Below are positions 13,171-25,745 of a stretch of 64,000 nucleotides of DNA, piece by piece (positions within the stretch are counted from its first letter, which is position 1; the number at the start of each line of letters is the position of its first letter). Both the position numbers and the translations under genes were made by a program. This DNA comes from Basidiobolus meristosporus CBS 931.73 (lineage: Eukaryota > Fungi > Basidiobolomycota). Below the pieces are notes generated by a model that saw nothing but the letters and a program-made list of their open reading frames with translations, did not search any database and was not told the DNA's origin. The stretch is from contig MCFE01000480.1 of assembly GCA_002104905.1 (NCBI GenBank), positions 1 through 64,000 of the forward strand, given 5' to 3'.

Positions 13171-15225
13171 CTACTGAGTCCATTTCTGGATCCAGCCCAA
13201 AACCTCAGAGTGCCAGCGGAGGGAGTTGGCATGCTTCAGTACCCAATGGTTTTCATCGGGGAAGTAGACGAGGCGAGATGGGATATTCTGTCTTTGCAAC
13301 GCTGTGAAGGTGGAGAAGCCCTCGCCGTCAACGAGGCGGTAGTCCTTGCCTCCATGGATAACTAGGGTAGGGGTCTTCCAGTTCTGAACGTAGTTCGCGG
13401 GGGACCATTTCTCGTAGATCTTCTTGGCCTTGGGCTCCCAGGGCTTGCCGCCGAATTCCCATTCTGGGAACCAGAGTTCTTCGGTGGAGTAGTAGGTGCC
13501 CGAGCTGGAGAACATCCCGTCGTGGTTGACGAGGCACTTGAATCGATCGGTGTGTCCATTGAACCAGTTCATCATATAACCACCGTAGCTGGCACCTAGG
13601 GCGCAGATCTTGTTCTTGTCGGCGAACTTGTACTTGCCAAGAGCAAAGTCAAGTCCCTTCATGAGGTCCTCGAATGGAAGACCGCCCCAGTTCTGGGAAA
13701 TCTCGTCGGTGAACTTCTGTCCGTAGCCGGTGGAGCCGCGAGGATTGATGGCAATCACCACGTTACCAGCGGAGGCGTACACCTCGGGATTCCAGCGGGT
13801 GCTCCACGAATCGAGCCATGCGCTCTGGGGTCCACCGTGGACAAGGAACGCAACCGGGTATTTCTTCTTGGGGTCGAAGTTGTTGGGCTTCAAGATCCAT
13901 CCGTGTACCTTGGCTCCCTTGGCGCCGGTGAACCAGAATTCCTCGGGCTCGGGGAGATAGAGGCCCTTGGTTTTGGCTTCATGGATGCGGGACACCTGCT
14001 TAAGCTTCTTCCCATCGGCTTGGATGGTGTAGAATTCGTTGGGGTGGTTCATGGCGCTTTGGGTCAAGAACAGGGTGTCTTCGTTGAGGACGAAGACCGC
14101 TCCGGTGTTGCCCTTCTGGGTAAGAGCCTTGGTTCTGCCGTTCTGGACTTCACCAGCAAACACCTTGACTCGGCCAAACTCCTCTGTGGGAAGGTAGAGC
14201 TTCTTGGAATCCAGGGACCAAGTGATTCCGCTGGGGCTGCGATCCCAGTTCTTATTGAAGTATCTGGACGCCTGCTTCTTGCGGTCGAACAGGATGACGC
14301 GCTTGCGATCCGCCTCAAAGCCGCGGCGTTCCATCTGCAACCAAGCCAAGGTACGACCATCGGGGGAGTAGGTGGGGGAGGAAGTCTGTCCAAGGTTCTT
14401 ATCGGTCAAAGACTTAGGGGGCTTGCTGCCGTCGGAGGGGACAACATACACGTTGATGTCGGTTTCCCAGGCCTGATCTCTTCCGGGCTTCTTGGAGATG
14501 AAGGCGATCTCCTTGCCGTCCGGGGAGATGTCGTAATCCCCGGCGTCTCCGAACGGTGAGACGGGAGATTCGAGTTGGACGTTGGCCATGATATTGACTG
14601 GTTTGCCGGCCACGTTGTACTTGCCATTGGCTTTGTTCAGCTTCACCGAGAAGATGTTCTGCTTCTTGTCGGTGATGAAGTGGTCCCAGTGTCTGACGAA
14701 GAGGCTGTCGTACACCAAGCCAGAGTCGCGCTTGAGTTTGTTGGCTTCGTCGATTTGAACGGCCTTCTCGATGCTGCCGTCGGCGTAGACACCGGTGGAG
14801 AAAGTGAAGAGGTTGGCCTTGGGGTGGTATTTGACATTCCCGATGTCCACGGTGAAGTTGGTCACCTGGACTGGCTGAGCGTTAGCCTTGGTGACGTCGA
14901 CCGACCAAAGCTGGGAGGTTTCGGTGCGAGATGACACGAAGCCAACCGTGGCAGAGTCCAACCAGAGTGGCTCACTGTCGCCAGTTTTTCCGGGGGCGGT
15001 CAAGGGGTTGATCTTCCCGCTCGCGATGTCCAGAAGCCACAAGTTTCTGGTGTTGGAGTTGGTGGCGATGGTGTAGTTCGAGCTGCTGAACACTGCCAAC
15101 TTACCATCAGGGGAGGGAACCGCCACCCCGGGACGGTCCAGCGTGACCAGATCTTGAGGAGTAAAGTTGCGCGCAGCGCTGGCCAAAGGAACTGCGAGGA
15201 GAGAGACGTAGCACAACCACTTCAT
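13171..15225 (-). CDS. DPP5: Secreted dipeptidyl peptidase V (S9 family), 684 aa, intronless
   Basis: Signal-peptide-like MKWLCYVSLLAVPLASA, beta-propeller repeats (SPDGK), HGGPQ, catalytic GASYGG, DYRL and DENHW. Confidence 0.95.
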   Translation of the reverse strand: MKWLCYVSLLAVPLASAARNFTPQDLVTLDRPGVAVPSPDGKLAVFSSSNYTIATNSNTRNLWLLDIASGKINPLTAPGKTGDSEPLWLDSATVGFVSSRTETSQLWSVDVTKANAQPVQVTNFTVDIGNVKYHPKANLFTFSTGVYADGSIEKAVQIDEANKLKRDSGLVYDSLFVRHWDHFITDKKQNIFSVKLNKANGKYNVAGKPVNIMANVQLESPVSPFGDAGDYDISPDGKEIAFISKKPGRDQAWETDINVYVVPSDGSKPPKSLTDKNLGQTSSPTYSPDGRTLAWLQMERRGFEADRKRVILFDRKKQASRYFNKNWDRSPSGITWSLDSKKLYLPTEEFGRVKVFAGEVQNGRTKALTQKGNTGAVFVLNEDTLFLTQSAMNHPNEFYTIQADGKKLKQVSRIHEAKTKGLYLPEPEEFWFTGAKGAKVHGWILKPNNFDPKKKYPVAFLVHGGPQSAWLDSWSTRWNPEVYASAGNVVIAINPRGSTGYGQKFTDEISQNWGGLPFEDLMKGLDFALGKYKFADKNKICALGASYGGYMMNWFNGHTDRFKCLVNHDGMFSSSGTYYSTEELWFPEWEFGGKPWEPKAKKIYEKWSPANYVQNWKTPTLVIHGGKDYRLVDGEGFSTFTALQRQNIPSRLVYFPDENHWVLKHANSLRWHSEVLGWIQKWTQ

Positions 15226-16709
15226 GTTAATGCGATAGATACTTGTTCCGTGTCGGAGGGTTGGCCGGTTTTATACTGTCGGTGCGAACCACTCTCGAGC
15301 GAAATGGCCACGGTGTTGACTAAGCGCTTAGGAGCATCAGCGATGGGAGTGGTTCACGTGCCACCATCTATTCTGTACCTTGTCCAACCTGCCGCGAACC
15401 GCATCTCGTAAGTGTTCTTGCGAATTCCCCTAAATTGGCATCCGGTGAATCTCACTCCCCGGTGATTACTGGCTTCTCCCTCGATAAACATGGAATGAGC
15501 GTGCCCTTGTTCCCTACACCCTGCCCAATATGGCTGCCCAACATTTAACCTACCCATTCCCAAACACGGACCTGGATCTTGGACCGGCCATTGGCTGAGG
15601 AAATCTTGAAATCCGGTAGATCCTAGTGGCTAACCCTAATGGATGAAGTGGTGGATCATGTGAGAAATCCCCACTCGACCAGGCCAAACCTCACCGTGGT
15701 GGTTCGCCTGGAGTTCGCCCACAGCAATCGTCCTGGAGCAAGTGCCACCCGAAGAGGAATCGCTCAATGATCCCCTACCCGTCGCGCTGACCGACCAGCG
15801 GAGCCGTCGAAGTCCCCGATAACACCCAATTGTGGTTAGCGCGTCGTCTTCTGTCGAATGGAATGGCCATTCTCGCCCCGATGCTGCATGATGGGTGCGA
15901 TTGTGACGGATCCTGCTGGGAAGTAGTTGGCTCACCATCGCTACGTTCCACACTATGTTGCTGATTAAAACCCGTGCCACCGAGCCAACCTTGCTGGGAA
16001 CCACTGAGTCAGCATCCTCCGCAGGTGAGAGTGATCCCTGGTCACCTCCCGTAGGCCAGCTGGGTTTCACGAGGATGGCGAGCTAGGACTCTCATCATAA
16101 TGTCCGTAAATTGGCTATTGAGGCTCGATGGCTTGATACTAGGGTGGTGTGCATCGTGTTCAGCTTTGCCAGCATCCAATCCCCCCATGACCGCCTATGC
16201 GACAGCTGGGTGGGAAGCTCTGACGTGGTAAGAATCGTACTATAATTACGCTTATCGCTCCGCGTGCCACCGATCCATCCTAATTCGGGGATTCCTTCTG
16301 GAAGCAGATCCTCGGTGGAATCCTAATCAACTCCCCCCCCCCCCCGGACGACCTGAGGGGAGGTTGCGGTTTGGATTCTATAAGGGCGACTTCCAGGAAC
16401 CGGCAAACTCTTCACACGACACCGCTCCATCCAAAACTCTCCCACCCTCCAGCTCCAGTTACCCTGAATGGTAGCTGGGCAACCCAGCCCGCCAGATGGG
16501 TGACGTCCGACCTGCTCGGATGCTCCCCGAAATGGTTATCCTGGAATCCGTGAAATCCCCCCCACTGGTCATCCTTAAAACATTAACCACGATTACTCAC
16601 CACTCTCCCCGGTCGCACCAAGATCATCCGTTTTTGGGATTTTCCCGTGACACAAGGTGCACCCAGTGAGTCCTGCCCTCCCCCTCACCCCCCGTCGTTC
16701 CCTCGGCTC

Positions 16710-18347
16710 TCATCGTTGTCCGATTGGGGGTCGGCCGGTCTCGGTCATCGGTTGGGTCCAATGGTTTGTCTGATCGCCCTTCTCCCTGGAAACAATGCCA
16801 ACTGCAGAAATGGTGGGGAGCATCGCAGGCAGGTGATGGAGATATGACACTCCAATAGGCTCTATACATGGATTCTCCATGTATACAGAAGGCAGCCTGT
16901 GAGGGTAAAGTGAGCGCTGATCAAATCTACTTGGGGAAGCCACAACCTTCAAGGCCAATCTCCATTTAACTTGCCTATATGTTACCCCTCTGTAGCTGGA
17001 AGTGTCCAAGTGTGCTGTGTTTCTGGATCCCACCAAAAAGCTATGAGTGAAGAAGGGTATGGCCACTGTTGGATCATCTGTTGACAGGACATTTTCCCCA
17101 ATCTGCCCCAGAGTGTCCTGCAGAATCATGCTCCAATGGCAGATATCTGGTGTCCCTATGAATTCCTTAAGAATCCATGTAGCTGATACAACATAATCAG
17201 ACACATGATACTGATCTGAATAAATATTCCAAGTGTCTATATATCCATTTGACTGCTGATCTATGATAGTATTTGTAGTTCTGATTATGCTGGCCAATAG
17301 CTTGCACTAAATATGAAATATATGGCCACATTCCTTGCATTGCATACATTAAGCTGCCAAACTGAGACTGATGAGGGGATTTTGGGCTTTTCAAATGTAA
17401 AACTCTGTTGATATGATTGATATTTGACCATGATCAGGTTTGTCTCTGATGCAATGGCTACTTGTTTACAGCTATTCACTTGGTATTCCTAAAGTATGTC
17501 TCAGAGTTGCTTGGGCAGCGTTAAGGCAAATATTAGCTGCTGCATCTAAAATGTTGGAATATGCACTTAATGGCCACAATATGTCCTGATCCATAGTTCT
17601 GATATGCCAGCTGACAACTCCTATCAAGCATGAGCTATATGGTTGTATTCCTAGCACAATATGCATCAATCACTCAACCATTTACTGATAAGAGAAGTCC
17701 AAGCATACAGATGGCCCAAGCTCTCCTGATTGGCTGAATTTTGATCAAGTTAAGGTTTGTTTCCATTGTGGTAGCTGCTTGCTTACAGCCCATTCTGTAT
17801 TACTTCTTAGGTATACCTCAGTAATAGTACCAAACTTGCTTTATTGGGCTTATAGCAGATTTGAAAGGCAGCAATACTTCTATGGAAGCTTATTTTTGTT
17901 GGGGGGGGAGGGATCCTGTAGCTCCAAGTCTTGCCTAATATCTTTCAGTTGTATCACTGGTTTTCAATTGTGTCTCAAGGAACCCATCTGCACATGGTTG
18001 ATTCATAGTTGAATGGCAATTTGACCAAGTGCCAAGTTTGATTTTCAAGCAGGGGTAAATATTCTATAGTCATCACAGATCTCCAAAGCCTTGCCAGCAG
18101 ACAATTGATGGCCACTTTTACACTCTGGGGCCCATCAACATGATCCCAATGGAAATTGGCCAAGTTAAAACACTCATTAGTATAGTCACTTGAGCCATTT
18201 TAAATCTGATTGGATCTTATGCCTTGAGAATGCACTATGAGACTTAATTTTTGCTTACAGGTGGATCTGATCTGGATCAGCTGTCAGGATCTCACATCAA
18301 GGCCAAAGTAATATCAGTAGCTTAGAGCTCATGATTCTCTGAGCTGC
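16710..18347 (-). pseudogene. Eroded long ORF of unknown family, cut at its 5' side by a copia LTR
   Basis: The 195-aa ORF (16710-17297) and the ORF at 17472-17669 share one frame. Upstream in that frame I count 21 stops in ~335 codons, many at Arg-like positions (WLK*LY**VF*LGQ). CxxC motif CKECGH. Confidence 0.4.
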
Positions 18348-20975
18348 TGTAAGAATTTGTAATTCAACTTAAATACTCACCTAACTTGGTGACTTGGGTC
18401 ATTAGCTGCAGATCTCAGAGAATACTAACCAAATTTCCTGTTGCAATTTACTTACTTAATATTCTCACCAAAATATCAGGTGCCCAGAGCATGAAAACTC
18501 TCAAAGTTATCCAAACAGCCCCAAGTCTACATACATGCTCTTGGGACCTTCCTAAGCATACTCTGGATGCTTGCCATGCCAAGACCATGAAAGTATAAAT
18601 ACTACTTATACATTCAGTAAATTACTAAGTTAGACCACAAAGTTTACTAATACTCTCAGTCACTTCTTGTATCTCCAAGACTTATACAGCAGGTGATGAG
18701 TACCAAGCTGTCTCTCTCTGCAATGTTTATTACTGCTACTACAGGAATTTTTCCCTCTGCTGAAAAGTTGGATGGATCTCACTATTAAGCATGGAAAGTG
18801 AAGATAAAGATGTGGCTACCAGAAAAAGACCTTGGGGATATGATTATGGGAAAAGAATGCCCTCATGAAAACAAACTGATGAAGATATGATAGTTACCAT
18901 TCTGAAGAGTCTGACAGACAGGTTTCAGGGCCTAATTTCTGCCCTAGAGTACAGAACTGAAGATTTGGCTGTAAATTACTTGTATAAAAGGCTCCTGGAT
19001 GATAATTTAAGAGAATCAAGGGCTGTTAAGAAGGAAGAAGAGGCTTTAGTAAGCAATTATTACCACTAAAGAAGGCATCCAAAACCCTCCAAAGACAACA
19101 GCCACCTTTCTTGCAGCTACTGCAAAAGCAAAGGACACACATCAGTTCAGCACCTCCAAAAGAGAGATAATTAGCATAAAAAGCCAGAATATGGAAATTC
19201 TGCTACAGTTGAAAACAAACAACTCATATCTGAGTTAGATAAGACCACAAGCAAGGATTCTCAGACTTGGTATACTGACTCTGGAGCATTTCAACCCTCA
19301 ACACACCAAAAAGAACTTTTCACCCAAAATCAAGAAATTCCAATCATCAGGGTTTCACAGGTGAAAATATAACACTTGATGCAATTGGAGAAGGAACTAT
19401 CCAGTTAAACCTAACAAGCAGTAAATAAAGCCCCACACTTACCTTCAGAAAAGTACTTAACACTCACAAAATAGCCAAGGACCTACTTTCTGTATGCAAA
19501 ACTAAAGCAGTAGGACTCAGTTTCAGTTTTGTCAATTTTGGATGCAGGATCATGGTTTAATATGGTACCCAAATTGCTCTGGGTATCAGAGATTGGAATC
19601 TATATCAATTGTGCTATATTGAATCATATCTAGAGACCAATAATAATAATTCAAATGAAGGAACACCAATGCTCTGGCACAGGAGATTTGGACAAATCAA
19701 ATCTGATTATTTGCATAAAACATTCAAAGATTAGCTAATTTCTGGAGCAAAAATTGCTTCCCCAGCTAATTTGAAGCACTATAGAGCCTGCATATATGGA
19801 AAATAAGCCATACAACCACTTGAGAGCTCTGGGTTAATCTGAACCAAGAAAAAATAATCAGCTCTGTATGGACCTATGCAAATTTTATTGCTGGGCAGGA
19901 TGAAGTATTTGTTCACAATTATTGCAGATTATACAAGATAAAGGTGGGTCTACTTCATGGAAAGTAAAGAAGAAGCCCTGTTTAAGCTCAAGGAGTTTAA
20001 AGCCATGGTGGAGAGAGAAACCAGTGAGAAAATTAAGAAAATATGCTATGACAAAGGTGGAGAATATACATTAAAACTCTGCATGAACTTGTGCAAATAC
20101 ATGGGATAATGCAAGAGACTACTGTGCCATACTTGTCACAGCAAAACAGATAGGCACAATGTGCATAAAGATCACTACTGTATCTGACACAATTCATGAT
20201 CCATGATAAAAATTGTCCTGTGATTTTACAGTGCAATCAGTTGCTACAGCTGTATATTTCAAGAATAGGAGTTATAGCAGAATGCTTTGTGATTCTACTC
20301 CATTTGACATATGGTATGAATATAGACCATGTGGAGAACATCTAAGAATACTTGAATACACCGCTCATGCCAAGAAACTGCCCAGAAGTTGATCAAAAGT
20401 TGAGCCAAAAAGAATAAAATGCTTATTTGGAGGCTATTGCAATGACAGTAAAACATACATACCCTACAACACCAAAGCAAAGCATCCAGTCAAGTCTAGG
20501 AATGTGTTGCTTGATCAAAACCCAATTTTTTCACCAAAAATCACATCAGATGATGACAAAAATATGATTTCAAGTCCACCAATGATCAAAATTGAATCAG
20601 AGCAAAATAATAAAAGTTTTTCACCCCAGCAGACTCTAAAGCTGTAGTTCAGCCGGAATCAGTATCCATGAGTATTGAAGATGTGATAATTCCAGTACTA
20701 CCAGGCAGTAGATCCAGCCAGGTCAGAGATATCCCAAGATACTTTATGAATGAGTATCAAAACTTAGCCTATACCTATTCAGTACATATTGATGAGCACC
20801 AGATTCCAATAGAGCCCTCACACAAAGTCTTATGGATCTGCAATGACTGAGGAGTATTAGTCCCTGATGATAAATCAGACTATGGACTTAGTCATATTAC
20901 CAATCAACTAAGAACCAACTGGATGCAGTTAGGTCTTCAAGGCAAAATATAAGGCCAATGGTACAATTGACCTCC
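18348..20975 (+). mobile_element. Degenerate Ty1/copia retrotransposon (LTR family 1), 3'-truncated
   Basis: LTR 18348-18691 (TGTAAG..CAGCA), PBS-like GGTGATGAG, gag IVTILKSLTDRF, zinc knuckle CSYCKSKGH, protease-like WYTDSGA, LWHRRFGQI, integrase remnant KGGEY; many stops and frameshifts. Confidence 0.9.
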
Positions 20976-21414
20976 TGCTTACTAAGCTCTGTGGATACAT
21001 ACATATGCTGTAGTTGATGCACTTCTATCACCTCAACTTTACAGCTTTTCAGGATAGTACAAACAAAGTTGCCAAATGCATTGTAATGTTCCATGCAAAG
21101 AATAACTGTAATGATCCCATCAAAAGGCCATCATCATATTAAAGTGTAATGACTAAAAGGTATTGGAGCTTTTGGAGCACTGTGAAAGATCCATTGGAGA
21201 AAAGCTGCACCTCAAATTTGAAAAATGATTGTTTAGAATTTTTCATCATATTGCTCTATTGGTTACCTCCATCAATTCTTGGCCATTTCTTGCCTTCTGA
21301 TCCCAGATACTCAGCCATCAGCTATGAGCTAGCTTACTGATTGGCTATTGCTCTGCTTACAATGTTGACTTCTGGATTTGATTGGTGCTTGCACTTCTCA
21401 TGCTTACATATTGA

Positions 21415-22485
21415 TTTACTTCCATTAAATCTCCAACTGTGCTACATTTGCAGATTCTATTGACCTGTACAAACCCTCATTTGTAACACTGAAATTGAGC
21501 ACAACCTCACACTTTACAAGTAACTAGATTAAAATTTACCATCCAACAAGTGTCACTGCTGTAATGACCATTGCCCAGGTCATTGGCCAAAACCCAATGG
21601 CTTTGTGCAATTATTCATGCGCTAATGCCCATATGTCCTGGTCTTGTGCTAGCCCTTAAAGGTCTTGCACCCCACCTGCAAGTTGTGGCACTAAATCCTT
21701 GCAATGGTCAAGTGTATTTTCTTGAATACTGCTCTTGAAAAAGTGATATAGCCTCTTGGTGCACCTGTTATGTTCCAAAACTCACTATGGGCTTTCCCTA
21801 TGAAAAATCTCAAACTTGGAATTCATCTGATTTTGGCTGGTATTCTGCTGGTATTTTAATGGTATTTTGCTGGTATTCAGGTGGTGTTTTGAGTTCAAAA
21901 TTTTAAATGGAATTTTTGATGGAAGTAGTGGGCAGCTAATTACCACATTTGGTATGGATGCTAGTTTGCCTAGTCTCTTCCTGGAGAACTTGTTTGCTTG
22001 CCTGCACATTAGCGCAGAACAGAGATATTGAGAGTTGTCAATTTTGAGAAACCTGGAATTCAGCTGATACTATGATGGTATTTTGCTGACCTTTTCTCAG
22101 TTTTTTTTCTTAGGGCATTGTGATAGTCCTATGATTTCTTGATATTGTTGCTTTGCCTAAGAGTGGGATCTCCACTCTCTTGTCAATAAGGGACATGGAC
22201 ACTATGGTAAATAAAAAGCCTTTCTCTGCAATCTTGTTTACTTCACTGAAGTGCAGCTCAATTGGCTGCACTTCAAGCTCCTGTGTAAACAGCTGCTTGT
22301 TTGTGGGTAATTCTTCTTTGCTAATGCAGATTCAGACTCTTACAGCATGGCAGCATTATCTGGCAAAAACTATAGCTGCTTTTCATACTCCTCTGACCCT
22401 GACAAAAGTGCACTTTTTTCCATTCCCTTTACCTTTACCTTACATCACTGTCAAGTCCTTCATTGCTACTTTGCCTGAGTGCTTC
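21415..22485 (-). mobile_element. CACTA/CMC fragment (copy D, accessory ORF1 region)
   Basis: Direct similarity to 31400-32090 of complete copy B. Confidence 0.75.
21796..22115. mobile_element. 320-bp non-autonomous CMC-type MITE
   Basis: Ends CCCTATGAAAAA / TTTTTCTTAGGG match the CMC TIR; internal GGTATT(T)TGCTG-like repeats; interrupts sequence that is contiguous in copy B (~31731). Confidence 0.7.
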
Positions 22486-22672
22486 CCCTGTGAAAAGTAA
22501 TTTAGTCCTGTGGGTGAATCCAATCAGGATCAGTAGCTGGGATCCTGTAATGAGGCCATCATATTGCCAGCAGCTTTGAATTATTGAAGCCCTACACAAT
22601 CTTATGATGGGACTATGATAGTATTTTGCTGATCTTACTGCCTGAAAAAGTTAAAAACTTGATGATGTTTAA

Positions 22673-23018
22673 TGATGTATGAGTCTTAGAGATATTGGAA
22701 GTGATTAGGAGGACAAGTTGTCTACATGTTCTTCACTAGATAATTCATTGAGTATAAAAGTAGTATTTATACTTACACATGGTCTTGACATAACAAACAC
22801 ATAAAATAGGTTATAAATGGTCTCAAGAGCATGTGTGCAAAGTTTGGGGCTGTTTGGACAACTTTGAGAATTTTCATGTTCTGGGTACTTGATATTTTGG
22901 TGAAAATATTCCAAGTAAATTGCAACAAAGAATTTGGTCAGTATTTTCTAGGAGTTGAAGGTAATGCTCTAAGTGACTAAGTACAGTGAGTATTTAAGTG
23001 AAATTACAAATTTTTACA
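22673..23018 (-). repeat. Solo copia LTR (family 1)
   Basis: 346 bp, reverse-complement similar to the LTRs at 18348-18691 and 51469-51833; TG/CA ends; no clear TSD. Confidence 0.8.
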
Positions 23019-25110
23019 ACAATTGTGGTCTTTTGACATGATTTGTGTGGTGTTTTAACAGTGTTGATGCACTCTACATTTATTTGAGTGGACCTTGCTG
23101 GCCAACACATTCTATTGTCTTATATGGCAAGAAACTTGATGGTGTTCTGACAGCCACATTGCAAACCTCTGCTGGCATTATAATGGCAGTATGGTGACCA
23201 ACAGCTGGTTCTGTATAATGCTACCAAACCAATTTATCATATGGAATTTTCTTTTTCAACATCCCCTTGCACCAATTGTCAATTCCATGGTAGAATCACC
23301 CCTCTTTAGTTGCTTACCCACCACTACCTTGGGTATAACATATATAGCTCAAATCAAATAAAACTATGGCCTCCTGCTTACTAATCTCTACATATGCATG
23401 CGCCCACTGCAACTAACATACTTCTATTCCCTCAACTTTATGGCTTTTGAGTGTGAAAATTGCAAAGCTGCTATTAACCTTATACAGCTGGTGGCATACA
23501 CATCTTGTAAACATATGGCTGCTTGCTGCCACTTTTGCCATGAAGACCTCCAGAATATCCACAAAGAACCTCTTGATATTGAGCCAATATATTCCTTCTC
23601 CCTGCTAGATCCTAGTCCCCATTATTGGTGTGCTCTGGCCCTTGTTTGTGTGAGTTTCATATTGAATGGTGTAGAAACTGGCTTGTGACCTAGAGAGCAT
23701 GACATACCTTGGTAAAGTTGTCCTGATAGAAATTAATTGCTTGTTGCACCAAGCCCAAATGTGCATTAGTTAACTGATTACCTACAAATTAGGGCTGCTT
23801 AGCTCCTTGGTGCCAATGGCAGAGGTGTCTCCATATGCACATCTATCCTCAATATTTGGCAACTCTTCCTTACTGTCCTCAGTGTGCCAAAATATCACAT
23901 CCATGACAGACTTGATGGTAATATTCTTGATGAGATTGGGATATGGTGATACCTGCAACTTAACTTGTCTTCCTATCTCCCCATACATCCACTCAATGGA
24001 AAACTCCCAAAAGGTCAAGCAAACCCCAATATTCTCCACATACCAAGCAAGATGGAGCAGAGAATGCATACAGTAGCCACAGAGATCTAAATGTTGAGCT
24101 ATTTGTTGGTAGTGTAGCCACTCAAAGCCCATCACAAGCATGTTGCATAAAAGCTGTAGATGTGTCAAGTTTTCCATGGTGATCTGATCCTGAATCAATA
24201 TTCCTGCACTGTCAACATATGACTCCTAATGGTTCCAATGTACTCTTAAAAGAGATGGCTTCAGAAGTCCACATGAGTAAATATATATTCCATTCATACA
24301 GTCCTTGCATTTGTATTATTGCATATGCATATGAATATTGTTTGGAGCCTGTGAGATATATCTCAGGTAGTGGATACCCAGGAATATCTTGCCAACTGTT
24401 TCAAACTTCTCTGGTATCTCAAGGGGCTCATTTAGCTTGAAATGTCCCATATACAACTTGCTCATTAGTATAGGGATATTGTTGAAAAGAAAATGCATTG
24501 CTCCCAGTATACAGCAATTGCTCCTACCAATACCCTCTATCTTGCATGTATCTAGTTTCTGATTAATTCTATATACTACCCAATGACTTATAGCTTGCCA
24601 ACAATGCTGCAATTGCATATTGACTTTAATAACTTAATCTTCCAACAGAGATAATATACCAATGTTGGTGTCTGGATAAGAATAATGTGTGTGAATTATG
24701 GAGTAAATACCCAAAATCTCACACATTCAACAGTACTACTGTCCATTTTGCCCAGAAAAGCTGGCTATCTTGCTGATGACTAGGGTATCTCCAAAGCAGT
24801 TAATGATATGTGCATTGACATGATGCCCATTTAATAGTATCCTATTGGAAAGCATCCAAAATTCATCCAGCAATGGATACAGGTGGTTGTCAAGGCTAGT
24901 TGGTGATTCAGGTGCTGATACTAGTGAGACCTCCATCAGGTATTGGCTCTAATACTGTAAGAGAGGTAGCAGACTTGGATTTGTGAGAATCAGTAGCCAT
25001 CAGCATTTGTGGGTAGAGTAATTGTTTGATGATAATCCATCAAGTGCCAATGCAAAGGAAAGATCATTAACACCTTCAAAGTAGCTGTGGCTATTTTATG
25101 TTTGTAATGT

Positions 25111-25745
25111 GTGCCATGAGTGCCAACTGATGCCATAGTGTGCCAGGGAGGCCAAATGAGCCTTTACTTGACCACAGAGTGTGAAATATAGCTCTGCATC
25201 TTCATGCAAAGCAGCCCCTGTGTTTCACCTATTATGCAGGGGAAATCCATTTTTTGGCCTTTTTTTAAGATCAATATTATGCAGGATGTGTAAGAGCATA
25301 AAAGGATTGAAGATATGCATCTGATACTCATTACCCATGGCACTTTGAATCTAGCTCCTGCGGCTTTTAACATGTTTTACTTTAGGGCCAATATTTAGAT
25401 ATAGTGCCAGATCTTACCAGTAGACCAAGTTAGTGCCATGCATTTTTGCAACATGTTACAAGCCACAGGAGCTAGATTCAGAGTGCAATGAGTATTGAAT
25501 ATCAGATACATATCTTCAGTCCTTTTGTGCTCTTATACATCCTGCACAACATTGATCCAAGAAAAAGTTCAAAAAATGGATTTTCTCCTGTATAATAGGT
25601 GAAACATAGGGGCTGCTTTGCATGAAGATGCAGAGCTTTGTTTCACACTCTGTGGCCAGGTATAGGCTCATTTGGCCTCCATGGCACACAATAGCATTGT
25701 TTGGCAATCACGGCTCAATGTAGCACTATCCAATGGAACAAGTCT
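25111..25745. mobile_element. PHIS-family palindromic MITE, left end deleted
   Basis: Inverted arms homologous to 33260-33993; intact right end GGAACAAGTCT; inserted in CMC copy C. Confidence 0.85.

Noticed and set aside
13837-14559. 240-aa antisense-side ORF and other ORFs overlapping DPP5
   Set aside because: Shadow ORFs from GC-rich codon bias of the real gene.
16330-16347. Long C homopolymer
   Set aside because: Simple low-complexity run without supporting structure.
21055-21415. Unassigned 360-bp CpG-depleted fragment
   Set aside because: No convincing reading frame or match to other repeats in the window; cannot be classified.
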